Below, one piece after another: positions 7,181 to 15,630 of a DNA stretch of 37,346 nt. The position numbers were made by a program, and so were the translations under genes. The notes under the pieces were generated by a model. The model was given only the letters and a program-made list of their open reading frames with translations, searched no databases and had not been told where the DNA came from. Source of the stretch: Candidatus Saccharimonadota bacterium (lineage in GTDB: Bacteria; Patescibacteriota; Saccharimonadia; Saccharimonadales; Saccharimonadaceae); NCBI GenBank assembly GCA_017964115.1, contig JAGCSL010000090.1, positions 1 through 37,346 on the forward strand. The letters are read 5' to 3'. The stretch's first letter is position 1; the number at the start of each line of letters is the position of its first letter.

Positions 7181-7798
7181 TTAAAGTGTGTCGTTGAAGT
7201 CGCGGAAGTTTTCGTAGAGGCCTTCAAGATCGCCGAGTGATTGGTTGAGAATATTTTTGAGGGCATCGTTATCGGTCTTGTTGAGCACTTGTTTTTCTAG
7301 GCTGACAATTTGCATGATGCGATTAGCGGTTTGACTGGAGTAATATTCGTCCATTTGGCCGCTTAGAGAAGCGCGCTCGAGCTGCCCCATGTAAGTGTTG
7401 AAGGTCTTAGTCTCCTCGTTTTTGACGTCTTTGGAAATATTATTCTTCTCGACTTTAAGTTTGCCAAGCAAGGCAGTGTAATCTTTAGTGGTGCCAAGAA
7501 GGGAAGTTTCGAGGCGGTTAGCGTGGCTAGCAAGAGTAGAAGAACTGATGAAATCGGCATATTTGCGGTATGGGCCTTTACTGTCGCACATTTGAGAAAT
7601 ACGTAAATATAGGCGCTCATAAGATTGCGTGAGTTTTGCATTGGTATTGCTGACCATAACGCCTACGATAATGATCGTAATAAGCATAATTACGCCGGCA
7701 ATTAACAGCTTTATCATGACCGGGCTAAGAAGCGGCTCGCTGTTAGAAGTATTTTTGCCTTTAACGGCGATCTGATCAAGATAAGATTGGTTGTCCAT
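7181..7798 (-). CDS. Hypothetical single-pass membrane protein (205 aa)
   Basis: ORF track gives 7181-7816. ATG 7798 is preferred because it lies exactly 6 nt after a TGcTATAAT -10. TM helix LLSPVMIKLLIAGVIMLITIIIVGVMV followed by a coiled/helical ectodomain. Confidence 0.7.
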   Translation of the reverse strand: MDNQSYLDQIAVKGKNTSNSEPLLSPVMIKLLIAGVIMLITIIIVGVMVSNTNAKLTQSYERLYLRISQMCDSKGPYRKYADFISSSTLASHANRLETSLLGTTKDYTALLGKLKVEKNNISKDVKNEETKTFNTYMGQLERASLSGQMDEYYSSQTANRIMQIVSLEKQVLNKTDNDALKNILNQSLGDLEGLYENFRDFNDTL

Positions 7799-7804
7799 AA
7801 AAAC

Positions 7805-7813
7805 ATTATAGCA
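7805..7813 (-). promoter_or_regulatory. Extended -10 giving a leaderless transcript for the 7181-7798 gene
   Basis: Minus strand reads TGc-TATAAT (7813-7805), then 6 nt, then ATG (7798). Confidence 0.55.
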
Positions 7814-7886
7814 CAAGCGTAATTAATCAAAATACTAAAAGATGTGGTCGATGGTAGCATATGAGGTCGCATATCTGTTAGCGAGA

Positions 7887-7895
7887 TGGTATAAT
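7887..7895 (+). promoter_or_regulatory. Extended -10 giving a leaderless dnaG transcript
   Basis: TGG-TATAAT (7887-7895), then 6 nt, then ATG 7902. Confidence 0.55.
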
Positions 7896-7901
7896 TTTGG
7901 T

Positions 7902-9524
7902 ATGGAGGATGCCAAAGAGGAGATTCGGGCGAGGTTAGCAGTCGAAGATGTAGTTGGGCAATACATCGAGCTGAAGCGTGCCGGACGAAATTTCAAGGGG
8001 CATTCACCTTGGGGAACAGACAGAACGCCGAGTTTTATGGTTTCGCCAGATAAGGGGATTTGGCATGATTTTTCGAGCAATAAAGGGGGCGACATTTTTA
8101 CTTTCGTGATGGAGATGGAAGGGTGTACTTTTCGCGAGGCGCTAGAGAAGTTGGCACAACAGGCGGGGGTGGAACTAAAGCGCTATTCGTCTGACGACCG
8201 CAAACAGGCGGCGCGAAAGCAGCGGATTCGTGATTGTTTAGAGTTGGCGACAAAATATTTCCAATTTTGCCTGACCAAAAATAAAGCCGTGATGCAATAT
8301 GTGTTTTATAAGCGGAATTTGAATAAGAAAACGGTAGAAAATTTTCGGATTGGTTATGCGCCAAAATCAGGGCGAGCACTGGTGAGTTTTTTGCAAAAGC
8401 GTGGTTTTACGGCGCAAGAAATGGAAGATGCCGGGTTAGTGAATCGTTTTGGTGGAGATTTATTTAAAGGACGAATGACGGTACCTTTAATGGATGTGTC
8501 GGGAAACGTAATTGGTTTTACGGGGCGCATTATTGAGCAGGATGATAATTCGCCGAAATATCTAAATACGCCAGAAACTCTACTCTATAACAAAGGACGA
8601 CATATTTTTGGCTTGTCACAGGCGAAAGATGCAATTCGACGGTCGGATTTTGTGGTAGTGGTAGAGGGGAATATGGATGTGATTTCGTCACATCAGGCCG
8701 GCGTGTGTCAGGCAGTGGCGACGGCAGGTACGGCGATGACTGAGATGCATTTGAAAAGCTTTGCGCGGCTTACGAAAGATATTCGGTTGGCCTATGATGG
8801 CGACGAGGCGGGAGTGCGAGCAGCGGAACGCGCAATTTCGATGGCGTCGAAATTTGGGATTTATTTGTCGGTAATTGATGATTACCATGGCTGTAAGGAT
8901 GCAGACGAATTGATTCAGAAAGATCCGAAGTTGTGGCAAGACGCGGTTGAGAATTATCGGCCGGCACTAGAATGGTTGCTAGAGAAATATGTCGCGAAAT
9001 ATAATTTGAAGACCGAAAAAGGTTTCCAGGAATATACAACCGAGGCGAAGCGCCTGATTGACCAGATTGACCCGGCAGATACGGTACTGCGCGAAAAATA
9101 CGAACGAATCGTGTCGGAGCGATTAGGAATCTCACTGGAGGCGTTTAGGGCGAAAAAAGTGGCTCAGCCAGAGAAGAAGAAACTAAAAAAGACTAATGTT
9201 GTTAAAAACACAACAGTTGTAAGTAGAGCGGAAAAGAATTTGGCGGCTTTGGCGCAATCGGGAAAAGTGGATTTGGGTGATTTTGAGGTGCGCGAATTTG
9301 ACATAGACGAACTAGCCTTCATCTTTGATGAGCGTTACGGTAAGTGGAATGAACCTGATTTACAGCGTGAAGCAAAAGAGTTAATGCAAAAAGTATCTAC
9401 GGAGCGACAAGAAGCGGAGCGGAAAGAGCTCGAAGAGCAGATTCGGGCAGCCGAAAAAGTTGGGGACGAAAAACTTGAAGAAGAATTAATGCTGAAATTA
9501 AGCAAAATATTGCGTCAAAAATAG
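7902..9524 (+). CDS. dnaG: DNA primase
   Basis: N-terminal primase zinc-ribbon-like region (RTPSFMVSPDKGIWHDF..GGD), RNA polymerase core, TOPRIM (VVVVEGNMDVIS ... YDGDEAG) and a charged C-terminal helical domain. ORF track start 7842 was rejected in favour of ATG 7902. Confidence 0.9.
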   Translation: MEDAKEEIRARLAVEDVVGQYIELKRAGRNFKGHSPWGTDRTPSFMVSPDKGIWHDFSSNKGGDIFTFVMEMEGCTFREALEKLAQQAGVELKRYSSDDRKQAARKQRIRDCLELATKYFQFCLTKNKAVMQYVFYKRNLNKKTVENFRIGYAPKSGRALVSFLQKRGFTAQEMEDAGLVNRFGGDLFKGRMTVPLMDVSGNVIGFTGRIIEQDDNSPKYLNTPETLLYNKGRHIFGLSQAKDAIRRSDFVVVVEGNMDVISSHQAGVCQAVATAGTAMTEMHLKSFARLTKDIRLAYDGDEAGVRAAERAISMASKFGIYLSVIDDYHGCKDADELIQKDPKLWQDAVENYRPALEWLLEKYVAKYNLKTEKGFQEYTTEAKRLIDQIDPADTVLREKYERIVSERLGISLEAFRAKKVAQPEKKKLKKTNVVKNTTVVSRAEKNLAALAQSGKVDLGDFEVREFDIDELAFIFDERYGKWNEPDLQREAKELMQKVSTERQEAERKELEEQIRAAEKVGDEKLEEELMLKLSKILRQK

Positions 9525-9686
9525 AACTGTGATATAAAAAATATTAAATCAGCTGGAATAGCGGGCTTATTTTGTTAGTAGCCCTTCCAGGAGAAAAATA
9601 AGATTGGTCAAGAATATACAAAAACTTTCAAACATAAAAACTTGCAAAAGCATGGGGCTTTTGTGTGCTAATTAATAAGGAAAGAC

Positions 9687-10658
9687 ATGGACGAAGACGA
9701 TAAAGATTTGCGCCTAGATGATGAACTCGACGAGCCTACACTTGATGAAATGGGCGAAGAGGGTGAAGAGGATCTCAATATTGACCTAGAAGCAGCTACC
9801 TATGATGAGGTAGCAGACGACTCTGTGAAATTATACTTACGAGAAATTGGTAAGATTCCACTTTTGACGGCTGAAGAAGAATTTGAACTAGCACAGAAGA
9901 TTATTAATGGGACCGAAAAAGAGAAGAAAAAAGCCAAGGATAAAATGGCTGAGTCGAATATGCGTTTAGTAGTATCAATTGCAAAGCGCTATTCTGGTCG
10001 CGGCTTGGATTTCTTGGATTTGATTCAGGAAGGTAATACTGGCCTTTTGCGTGCGGTAGAGAAGTTTGATCCAGATAAAGGCTTTAAATTCTCGACTTAT
10101 GCAACTTGGTGGATTCGCCAGGCAATTACGCGTGCGATTGCAGACCAGGCACGTACGATTCGTATTCCGGTACACATGGTGGAGACGATTAATAAGGTTC
10201 TTCGTACACAGCGCCGTTTAACGCAGGAATTGAACCGTGAGCCATCAACTGAAGAAATTGCAAAGGCGATGGGCATGGAACCAGAGAAGATTGAGTACGT
10301 GATGAAGATTAAGCAAGATATTGCTTCCTTGGATGCTTCGGTTGGTCGCGATGGGGAAGATGACGATTCTTCATTGGGTGATTTTATCGAGGATGAAGAT
10401 CGCGTTTCGCCAGAGGATTCGGCGGCAACGCAACTTTTGAAAGAACAAATTGCGACTATTTTGCAAACTTTGACAGATCGTGAACAAAAGATTATTAAGA
10501 TGCGTTTTGGTATTGGTGGCGGTAAAAGTCATACTTTGGAAGAAGTAGGCGCAGAATTTTCAGTAACGCGCGAACGTATTCGTCAGATTGAAGCGAAGGC
10601 TTTGACGAAATTGCGCAAGAATAAAGATACGAAGAAATTGCACGAGTATTTAAAATAG
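9687..10658 (+). CDS. rpoD: Primary RNA polymerase sigma factor (sigma70 family, compact)
   Basis: Acidic N-terminus. Region 1.2 [14 protein letters not shown], region 2 [32 protein letters not shown], region 4.2 [24 protein letters not shown]. dnaG-rpoD synteny. Confidence 0.93.
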   Translation: MDEDDKDLRLDDELDEPTLDEMGEEGEEDLNIDLEAATYDEVADDSVKLYLREIGKIPLLTAEEEFELAQKIINGTEKEKKKAKDKMAESNMRLVVSIAKRYSGRGLDFLDLIQEGNTGLLRAVEKFDPDKGFKFSTYATWWIRQAITRAIADQARTIRIPVHMVETINKVLRTQRRLTQELNREPSTEEIAKAMGMEPEKIEYVMKIKQDIASLDASVGRDGEDDDSSLGDFIEDEDRVSPEDSAATQLLKEQIATILQTLTDREQKIIKMRFGIGGGKSHTLEEVGAEFSVTRERIRQIEAKALTKLRKNKDTKKLHEYLK

Positions 10659-10669
10659 CAAAAATAGAT

Positions 10670-10698
10670 TTGATTTTTGCATTAAACATAAGTACAAT
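10670..10698 (+). promoter_or_regulatory. Promoter for pilT-pilC (leaderless)
   Basis: TTGATT (10670-10675) - 17 nt - TACAAT (10693-10698), then 6 nt, then ATG 10705. Confidence 0.55.
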
Positions 10699-10704
10699 AG
10701 TGTT

Positions 10705-11859
10705 ATGGAACAAAGTGGGCAGGTGAATAATTCCGCTCCGATGGATACAAATCCACCGATGAGCAGTACTCCAATATCTTCAGTAACGGTAAGTAATGCT
10801 GAGGTGCGCATCGAGAGTTTACTCGAGGAATGTGTACGCACAAAAGCAAGCGATTTACATTTGCAAGTCGGTTTGCCACCTATTTTGCGTATTGATGGTG
10901 CCTTGCAGCCGGTTTCTGGTTACGGTAACCTGGATGAGCCAACAGTTGAGCGTCTCGTATTTTCCACGCTTGAAGAAGACCAGAAACAGATTCTAATTAA
11001 GGACAAAGAGTTTGACTACTCGTTCTCTTTTGGTGATTTAGGCCGCTTCCGTGTAAACGCGTTCCATGAGAAGGGTAATTTGGCGGGCGCTTTCCGCTTG
11101 ATTCCGAATGAAATTCAGTCAATAAATGAGCTCGGTATGCCAACGGTAGTATCCAGCTTCGCAGATTTTCCGCGTGGTTTAGTATTGGTAACTGGTCCGA
11201 CTGGTTCTGGTAAATCTACCACTTTGGCGGCACTAGTCGATAAGATCAATCGTGAAAAATCTGTTCATATTATTACGATTGAGGATCCAATTGAGTTTAC
11301 GCACAAGTCTTTGCGTTCAGTAGTAGTACAGCGCGAGGTGCACTATGATACCTATTCGTTCTCAGCGGCTTTGCGTTCGGCACTGCGCGAGGACCCGGAC
11401 GTAGTTTTGATTGGTGAGATGCGCGACCTTGAGACGATTTCGGCGGCGATTACAATTGCGGAAACTGGTCACTTGGTATTTGCGACTTTGCACACCAACT
11501 CGGCTTCGCAGAGTATTGACCGTATGATTGACGTGTTCCCGCCACATCAGCAGCCACAGGTGCGTTCGCAGTTGTCGAATATTTTGCAGGCAATTTGCGC
11601 GCAGCGCTTGGTGCCAGCAATTGGTGGTGGCCGCGTGGTAGCAGCAGAAATTTTGATAGCAAATCCAGCCGTTCGTTCGGTGATTCGCGAAGGCAAAACA
11701 CATCAGCTTGATACGATTATTCAGACAGGTGCTGATCAAGGTATGCAGACGATGGACCGCACTTTAGTGAAATTAATTCAGACGGGTGTAATTACTTACG
11801 ATAATGCACGCGAATTTGCAGTTGACTTACAAGAATTTGAAAGGTTAGCTAGAGGATAA
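10705..11859 (+). CDS. pilT: Type IV pilus retraction ATPase PilT family
   Basis: ASDLHLQVGLPPILRIDG, Walker A GPTGSGKSTT, GEMRD, His-box TGHLVFATLHTNSA. At 384 aa it fits PilT size, not PilB. Ser/Pro-rich N-terminal extension of ~35 aa. Confidence 0.85.
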   Translation: MEQSGQVNNSAPMDTNPPMSSTPISSVTVSNAEVRIESLLEECVRTKASDLHLQVGLPPILRIDGALQPVSGYGNLDEPTVERLVFSTLEEDQKQILIKDKEFDYSFSFGDLGRFRVNAFHEKGNLAGAFRLIPNEIQSINELGMPTVVSSFADFPRGLVLVTGPTGSGKSTTLAALVDKINREKSVHIITIEDPIEFTHKSLRSVVVQREVHYDTYSFSAALRSALREDPDVVLIGEMRDLETISAAITIAETGHLVFATLHTNSASQSIDRMIDVFPPHQQPQVRSQLSNILQAICAQRLVPAIGGGRVVAAEILIANPAVRSVIREGKTHQLDTIIQTGADQGMQTMDRTLVKLIQTGVITYDNAREFAVDLQEFERLARG

Positions 11860-11863
11860 TTGA

Positions 11864-13063
11864 ATGAAACGATTTACCTACAAGGCGAAAGAGCAGACTA
11901 CCGGTAAAGTTATTAAGGGTACAATTCAGGCTGAAACCGAACGCGTTGCGGGTAAGTTGTTGGTAGACCGCGGCTATGTGCCAGAGCTCTTGAAGGAAGA
12001 GGGCAGCGGATTAGCCGAAAAGATGAATAAAGTCACGGCGAAAGATCGCATTAACTTTACGCGTCAGTTTGCAACCTTGGTAGGTGCAGGTTTGCCGATC
12101 GCACAGGCATTGCGCACGGTTAGTGAACAGACCGACAATAAGTCGATGAAAGCGATTATTGAAGAGATTTTAGCTGACATTGAGGCCGGTCGTGCATTAA
12201 GTGTAGCGTTTGAGAAACATCCAGATGTATTCGATAAGGTTTATTTATCTTTGATTAAAGCTGGTGAAACTTCTGGTACTTTGGATCAGAGCTTGCGTAG
12301 GATTGCGGATCAGGAAGAGAAAGACCAAAGAATGTTGAGCAAAATTAAGAGTGCGATGGCGATGCCATTGATTACCTTGTTTGTGATTATCGTAGTCTTT
12401 ATCTATATGATGCTCGAAGTTGTTCCGCATGTTGAATCGCTTTATAACGACCTTGGCGAAGAGTTGCCGGTTTTGACCGTTATTATGGTGGGGATTAAAG
12501 ATTTCCTATTGAATTTCTGGTGGTTAGCTCTGATTATCGTTGCGGTCTTTGTAGCCTTCTTTATGCAATGGCGTAAGACTGATGGTGGTATCAGGTCAAT
12601 GGCATTACTAAAGTTGAATGTGCCAATGTTTAATGGTTTGTTTAGGATTCTCTATATGGCACGTTTTTCGAGGATTTCGCAAATTCTACTTTCTACGGGC
12701 GTGGCTGTGCTTGATACGATGAATATTGCGGGCGAATCGACGGCGAATGTGGTTGTGCAAGAGAATGTCAATAAGGCGGCGGAGAAGGTGCAGTCTGGTA
12801 GAACTATGTCGGATGCCTTAAAGGATCAAGAGTATATTATGCCATTGGTGTATCAGATGGCGGCGATTGGCGAGCAGTCTGGTAAGATGGACGAAATGCT
12901 TGGCAAGGCGGCGCAGGTGTTCGAAGATGAGCTAGATGAGAAGATTGCAACAATTTCGGCCATGATTGAGCCATTAATGATGATTATGTTGGCGATCGTA
13001 GCTGGTCTCTTGGTAGGTGGTGTCTTGTTCCCAATCTACTCGTTAGTGAACTCCATCGGTTAA
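11864..13063 (+). CDS. pilC: Type IV pilus platform protein (GspF/PilC family)
   Basis: 399 aa with two T2SS-F repeats (FTRQFATLVGAGLPI..., FSRISQILLSTGVAVLD...) and three TM segments. Starts 5 nt after pilT. Confidence 0.88.
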   Translation: MKRFTYKAKEQTTGKVIKGTIQAETERVAGKLLVDRGYVPELLKEEGSGLAEKMNKVTAKDRINFTRQFATLVGAGLPIAQALRTVSEQTDNKSMKAIIEEILADIEAGRALSVAFEKHPDVFDKVYLSLIKAGETSGTLDQSLRRIADQEEKDQRMLSKIKSAMAMPLITLFVIIVVFIYMMLEVVPHVESLYNDLGEELPVLTVIMVGIKDFLLNFWWLALIIVAVFVAFFMQWRKTDGGIRSMALLKLNVPMFNGLFRILYMARFSRISQILLSTGVAVLDTMNIAGESTANVVVQENVNKAAEKVQSGRTMSDALKDQEYIMPLVYQMAAIGEQSGKMDEMLGKAAQVFEDELDEKIATISAMIEPLMMIMLAIVAGLLVGGVLFPIYSLVNSIG

Positions 13064-13072
13064 AAATTAAGC

Positions 13073-13101
13073 TTGATTTTAGCATAAGAATTATGTATAG
13101 T
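13073..13101 (+). promoter_or_regulatory. Promoter for the pilin gene
   Basis: TTGATT (13073-13078) - 17 nt - TATAGT (13096-13101). Predicts a ~90-nt 5' UTR containing the hairpin ACTGGG/CCCAGT. SD aaggag lies before ATG 13197. Confidence 0.55.
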
Positions 13102-13196
13102 GAGGTTAGATGCAATTTTGCACTCGGTAATAACTGGGTGGGTATCCCAGTAGCCAAAGGGCAATTGCTGGTGCAAAAATAAAAAAGGAGCATAAA

Positions 13197-13814
13197 ATGA
13201 CAACAAAAAATAAAAAAGGCTTTACGATCATCGAGGTAGTCTTGGTGCTTGCAATTGCAGGTCTTATCTTCTTGATGGTGTTCATTGCGCTTCCTGCTTT
13301 GCAGCGTTCGCAACGCAACACTCAGCGTGAGGATGACTTGGCTCGTATCATTACTGGCGTTAACAACTACCAGACAAATAACAACGGTAAGGTGCCATTT
13401 AGGGAGGGTGCTACTGGCACTGAATTAGCGACATTTGTCCAACGCTATATTGACAAGAACTGTAAAACCGTTAAAACTGTGACAACTACTAATGGTAGCG
13501 GCGATAGCGCAACTACGCAATCTTGGACTACTTTCGAATCTTGTGGTGATAGCAACGAGTTTAGAGATCCACAAGGAAATATCTACAAAATTGCTAGTGG
13601 CGGTAAGGCTGTAACTACTACTGGCTCAGGCGACTCAACTTCGACTACTGCTGGTAAAGATGTTGCAAACCTAGTTGCTGAAGAAAGCTTCTTAGGCTTC
13701 TATAATGCTACCTGTGGTGATGAAGGTCATGCCAACGGTGGTACTGGCGATCGTGATGTTGCTGTCTTCATGAAGCTTGAAGGTGGTGCTATTGCTTGTA
13801 ACGATAACCACTAA
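13197..13814 (+). CDS. Type IV (class III signal) pilin
   Basis: MTTKNKKG|FTIIEVVLVLAIAGLIF: Gly-1/Phe+1/Glu+5 prepilin cleavage/methylation motif. Four Cys (probably two disulfides). Monocistronic, with its own promoter and terminator. Confidence 0.9.
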   Translation: MTTKNKKGFTIIEVVLVLAIAGLIFLMVFIALPALQRSQRNTQREDDLARIITGVNNYQTNNNGKVPFREGATGTELATFVQRYIDKNCKTVKTVTTTNGSGDSATTQSWTTFESCGDSNEFRDPQGNIYKIASGGKAVTTTGSGDSTSTTAGKDVANLVAEESFLGFYNATCGDEGHANGGTGDRDVAVFMKLEGGAIACNDNH

Positions 13815-13833
13815 TATCTGCTAGATATTCAAG

Positions 13834-13860
13834 AGGAGCTCCCGAGAGGAGCTCCTTTTT
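13834..13860 (+). terminator. Intrinsic terminator after the pilin gene
   Basis: 9-bp stem AGGAGCTCC(13834-13842)/GGAGCTCCT(13848-13856), followed by a T-run. Confidence 0.85.
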
Positions 13861-13876
13861 GTGGTAATATAGAGTT

Positions 13877-14680
13877 ATGGAAAACATAGGCATAATGATA
13901 TTGTTTTTTATCTTGGGTGCTGCATTAGGATCGTTTGCTTGCTGCCAAGCGTGGAGGATTCATGATAAGGACAAATCGAAATGGTCACATTGTGAGAAAT
14001 GTAAGTATCAGCTAAAATGGTATGACAATATCCCGGTTATTAGTTGGCTGATGTTGGGTGGAAAATGCCGAAAATGTCGGAAGCCTATTGGTTGGGCGGA
14101 ATTTTTGTCTGAAGTGGGATTAGGCATGCTATTTGCGTTAAGTTTTTGGTTTTGGCCGGCAAAAGGCGGGCTGATATGGTCGGATTTTGCCGAAGTGCTG
14201 AAATTTAGCCTATTCTTGGTCGAAGCGGTGATTCTATTAGTTTTGTTCGTATATGATGCAAAGTGGAAAGAGCTGCCAGTAAACATCATGGTTATTGCGG
14301 GGGCGTTGGCGGCGGCATTTTGTAGCGTAGATATTTATATGGCGTTAGGGATGGGGCAAACATATAACTGGTTGAGTTTGGTGGGTGCGCTACTGATTTT
14401 ACCAGGCTTTTATTACTTGATGTATAAAATTAGCAAAGAGTCGTGGGTGGGCGGTGGTGACTGGATTTTATGTATTCCGCTTGCTTTGATATTGCAGAAT
14501 TTTTGGCTAGCGATTTTTGCATTGTTTGCGGCAAATATTATTGGTAGTTTTGTGTCAGTACCAATGTTACTAAAAAAGAAGGGGGCAAAGGCGACGATTC
14601 CGTTTGGGCCGTTTTTGATTTTAGGTTTCTTGGTGGTATTTTTCCTGCAAGCGCAAATTCTTAGTTTAGTGGCAATTTGA
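13877..14680 (+). CDS. pilD: Prepilin peptidase (A24 family)
   Basis: N-terminal CxxC...CxxC (CEKC...CRKC). Aspartyl motifs FVYDAKWKELP and GGGDWIL. Polytopic membrane protein. Confidence 0.88.
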   Translation: MENIGIMILFFILGAALGSFACCQAWRIHDKDKSKWSHCEKCKYQLKWYDNIPVISWLMLGGKCRKCRKPIGWAEFLSEVGLGMLFALSFWFWPAKGGLIWSDFAEVLKFSLFLVEAVILLVLFVYDAKWKELPVNIMVIAGALAAAFCSVDIYMALGMGQTYNWLSLVGALLILPGFYYLMYKISKESWVGGGDWILCIPLALILQNFWLAIFALFAANIIGSFVSVPMLLKKKGAKATIPFGPFLILGFLVVFFLQAQILSLVAI

Positions 14681-15618
14681 TGTACGTATCGGATTTAATT
14701 AACGATTTTCTAGAATCGCTGGAGGTAGAGAACGGGCGCAGTCGTTATACGACGCGTAATTATGAGTTGTATTTGTCGCGGGTGGTGGAATTTAGCCAGG
14801 AGACAAATCCGGAGGATGACTTAAAACCGGCAGATATTACGGCGGAATGGCTGCGAAAGTATCGACTATGGCTGAATCGTTATCAAACGGAGCGAGAAAA
14901 AGGCTTGTCGGTAATGACGCAAAATTATCATTTAATAGCCCTGCGGGGATTTTTGAAGTATTTAGCTAAACGAAATATTAAATCATTAGACCCAGTGTTA
15001 GTAGAGTTGCCGCGTACGCACCGGGCGCAAGTGACGTTTTTGCACGTGGACGAAATTGATCGCATTTTAGCAGAAATACCACTTGATACCGAGGACGGTT
15101 TACGCGATCGGGCAATTTTTGAGTTATTATTCTCAACTGGCTTGCGCGTGTCGGAATTAACGAATCTAAATCGTGACCATGTAAACTTAGAGCGTCGGGA
15201 ATTTATGGTGCGCGGAAAAGGACAAAAGGATCGACCAGTGTTTGTGTCGCAATCGGCGGCCGATGCGGTGAAGGACTATCTAGACGAACGCAAAGATCGC
15301 TTGCCGGCGCTGTTCTTGAATAATTCACGTAATCAGCCAGCAGCGGGTACATCGGGCGATTATCGACGCCTATCGCCACGGAGTATTGAACGGATTATTA
15401 ATAAATATGTGCGCGCAGCGGGAATTACGAAACATGTGACGCCGCATACTTTGCGACACTCATTTGCAACGGATTTGTTGATGAATGGAGCAGATTTGCG
15501 TTCAGTGCAGTCGCTTTTGGGGCATTCGAATATTTCGACTACACAGATTTACACGCACGTGACAGATCCGCATTTAAGAGAGATACACGAAAAATTTCAT
15601 AGTGATGTAGAAAAATAA
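14677..15618 (+). CDS. Tyrosine site-specific recombinase, XerC/XerD family
   Basis: ATGA overlap with the pilD stop. RVSEL, GKGQKDRPV, HTLRHSFATDLL, LLGHSNISTTQIYTHV (catalytic Tyr). Confidence 0.88.
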   Translation: MMYVSDLINDFLESLEVENGRSRYTTRNYELYLSRVVEFSQETNPEDDLKPADITAEWLRKYRLWLNRYQTEREKGLSVMTQNYHLIALRGFLKYLAKRNIKSLDPVLVELPRTHRAQVTFLHVDEIDRILAEIPLDTEDGLRDRAIFELLFSTGLRVSELTNLNRDHVNLERREFMVRGKGQKDRPVFVSQSAADAVKDYLDERKDRLPALFLNNSRNQPAAGTSGDYRRLSPRSIERIINKYVRAAGITKHVTPHTLRHSFATDLLMNGADLRSVQSLLGHSNISTTQIYTHVTDPHLREIHEKFHSDVEK

Positions 15619-15630
15619 AAGGGAGGTAAA

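Noticed and set aside
7842-7901. N-terminal extension of dnaG (and similarly 4397-4453 and 7799-7816)
   Set aside because: The upstream codons contain the promoter -10 element itself, or the leader structure. The conserved protein sequence begins at the downstream ATG.
14677-15618. Xer-type recombinase as a pilin shufflon or invertase
   Set aside because: The pilin and its paralog are on the same strand. I found no inverted repeats flanking either gene, and the DNA similarity between the two is only moderate. This is more likely the housekeeping XerC/D.
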